From assembly GCA_963816355.1 (NCBI GenBank), contig CAWFKH010000004.1, positions 32,001-96,000 on the forward strand: 64,000 nucleotides of DNA. The letters run 5' to 3'. Positions 62,301 to 64,000 of this stretch are shown here, one piece after another. This DNA is from an uncultured Gemmatimonadales bacterium (GTDB taxonomy: Bacteria; Gemmatimonadota; Gemmatimonadetes; Longimicrobiales; RSA9). Within the stretch, counting starts at the first letter, position 1. The number at the start of each line of letters is the position of its first letter. The notes under the pieces were generated by a model. It had not been told where the DNA came from. It worked only from the letters and a program-made list of their open reading frames with translations, and did no database searches. A program made the position numbers and the translations under genes.

Positions 62301-62397
62301 TGCCTCCTCGAGCGGTGGCACTTTCTTGAAAGCGCTGCGAGGCGTCGGTACCTTTGGATGATCTGTGACGTTTCCGACGCTCCGGGAGGCTCAGGAG

Positions 62398-62413
62398 AGC
62401 AACGCGTGTGCCA
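62398..62413 (-). promoter_or_regulatory. Sigma-54 (-24/-12) promoter of the lipoprotein gene
   Basis: Minus strand TGGCACACGCGTTGCT matches TGGCAC-N5-TTGCW, about 100 nt upstream of the ATG at 62300. Confidence 0.62.
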
Positions 62414-62442
62414 TCCCGGAGCGCGCATCTTTCGGTGGCACG

Positions 62443-64000
62443 ATGCACGAGCTACGCGGGGCCTGGCCGTTCGTGAGGCCGTACCGCCGGGGGTACGCCC
62501 TCGGGCTGCTCCTGGTCGTCGTCGCGAACGGCTTCTCGATCGTCACGCCCGGCCTGCTGGGACGCGGGATCGACGCCCTCGGGAGCGCGGGCACCAGCGA
62601 GCGCACGGTCCTCTTCTACGCCGGCCTCGTCGTGGGCGCCGCGCTGCTCGGCGGCGCCGGCCGCTTCGGCATGCGGCAGCTCCTGAACGGCTACAGCCGC
62701 CGCGTCGAGAACGACCTTCGCGATACTTTTTTCGCACATCTGCTCCATCTCGATGCCGCCTTCTACGGCCGCTGGCGCACGGGCGACATCATGAGCCGCG
62801 CGACGAACGACACGCAGGCGGTGCGACAGGCGGTGGGGCCGGGAGTCATGTACCTGGTCAACACCGTGGTGACGACGGCGCTGGCGCTCGTGCTGATGCT
62901 GCGGATCAGCCCCGCGCTGACGGGGCTCGCGCTGATCCCGATGGTGGGGCTGCCGCCGCTCGCGCTCGTCTTCGGCCGCATGATCCACGTCCGCTTCGAG
63001 CGCATCCAGGAGAAGTTCGGCGAGCTGTCGACGTTCGTGCAGGAGAACCTGTCGGGCGTGCGCATCGTGCGCGCGTACGTCGAGGAGGACTCGCAGGCGC
63101 GCCAGTTCGAGGGCATCAACGAGGACTACCTCGAGCGGAACATGGCGCTGGCGCGCACGTCCGGCGCCTTCCACCCCCTGCTCATGCTCCTGACCGGGCT
63201 CGGCATGGTCGTCGTGCTGTGGGTGGGCGGCCGCGAGGTGATCGCGCGCCGCATCACGATCGGCAACTTCGTCGCGTTCGGCTTCTACCTGACGATGCTG
63301 ACGTGGCCGATGATCGCGCTCGGCTGGGTGATCAACCTCTTCCAGCGCGGCGCGGCCTCGATGGGCCGCATCAACCGCGTGCTTCGTACGCGGCCGGAGG
63401 TCGTCGCGCCGCCGCCCGACCGCGCGCACGCGCCGGAGCGCGTCGCGGGCGCGATCGAGTTCCGTGACGTCTGGTTCCACTATCCCGACAGCGAGCGCGC
63501 CGTGCTGCGGGGGCTGAGCTTCCGCATCGAAGCGGGCGCGACCGTCGCGCTGGTGGGGCCCACCGGCTCCGGCAAGTCGACGATCGTCGCGCTCCTCGGC
63601 CGCCTCTACGACCCCACCTCCGGCGAAGTGCGCGTCGACGACGTGCCGCTGCCGGAGTGGGACCTCGTCCGCCTTCGCGCCGCCATCGGCGCGGCGCCGC
63701 AGGAGAGCTTCCTCTTCTCCGCCACGATCGCCGAGAACATCGCGCTCGGCACCACCTCCACCGATGTCACGTCGGACGCCGACGGCGCCGAACTCGAGGC
63801 CCGCATCACGCAGGCCGCCGGCGTCGCCCAGCTCGCCGAGACGATCGCCGGCTTCCCGCGCGGCTTCGAGACCCGCCTCGGCGAGCGCGGCATCAACCTC
63901 TCCGGCGGTCAGCGCCAGCGCGCCACGCTCGCGCGCGCCCTCGTCCGCGACCCGCGAATCCTCGTCCTCGACGACGCCCTGAGCGCCGTCGACACCCACA
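62443..64000 (+). CDS. ABC exporter permease/ATPase (MdlA/YheI-like), 3' end outside window
   Basis: Translated manually: MHELRGAWPFVRPYRR..., RTGDIMSRATND, GPTGSGKST, LSGGQRQR, ILVLDDALSAVD. Confidence 0.93.
   Translation, partial: MHELRGAWPFVRPYRRGYALGLLLVVVANGFSIVTPGLLGRGIDALGSAGTSERTVLFYAGLVVGAALLGGAGRFGMRQLLNGYSRRVENDLRDTFFAHLLHLDAAFYGRWRTGDIMSRATNDTQAVRQAVGPGVMYLVNTVVTTALALVLMLRISPALTGLALIPMVGLPPLALVFGRMIHVRFERIQEKFGELSTFVQENLSGVRIVRAYVEEDSQARQFEGINEDYLERNMALARTSGAFHPLLMLLTGLGMVVVLWVGGREVIARRITIGNFVAFGFYLTMLTWPMIALGWVINLFQRGAASMGRINRVLRTRPEVVAPPPDRAHAPERVAGAIEFRDVWFHYPDSERAVLRGLSFRIEAGATVALVGPTGSGKSTIVALLGRLYDPTSGEVRVDDVPLPEWDLVRLRAAIGAAPQESFLFSATIAENIALGTTSTDVTSDADGAELEARITQAAGVAQLAETIAGFPRGFETRLGERGINLSGGQRQRATLARALVRDPRILVLDDALSAVDTH

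Noticed and set aside
63940..64000. Walker B reading LDDA instead of LDEA in the ABC exporter
   Set aside because: Known degenerate site of heterodimeric exporters; the partner gene probably lies beyond the window.

Overview
Very GC-rich (visually >70%) bacterial chromosomal segment; gene content and style suggest Gemmatimonadota (inference). No prophage, IS element, integrase or CRISPR array is visible. (1) 1-12240 (-): one tightly coupled redox operon, korA-korB-hypothetical-rnfB-giant PFOR with a fused ferredoxin-rnfC-rnfD (continues out of window). The hypothetical protein aligns by eye with the TPP-binding region of the neighbouring PFOR but has lost its cofactor ligands; this is the best candidate for an undescribed system. 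(2) HipA-like kinase/DUF3037 pair, orphan ABC permease and tRNA-Thr(TGT). (3) Housekeeping run on the minus strand: cysS, mscS, pyrF, pyrD, a frameshifted amidase, smpB, yihY, ytxH, a sigma-54 response regulator with a sensor-less kinase, class IV aminotransferase, pgi, MBL hydrolase, pyk; then rnd on the plus strand. (4) Peptidases, lipoproteins, and nrdJ with two NrdR boxes overlapping a sigma-70 promoter; a MarR/DUF6790 pair. (5) 45945-58318 (-): a coupled peptidoglycan-salvage operon (murQ-anmK-nagZ-GT-C glycosyltransferase-SSS transporter-lipoprotein amidase-peptidase/propeller/beta-barrel protein), divergent from an M20 amidohydrolase and ggt. Two families of dispersed intergenic repeats are present: 13-bp tandem arrays and G-rich GGGGTCTG elements. 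Family assignments are by motif recognition only and start codons were chosen by eye; no searches were run.
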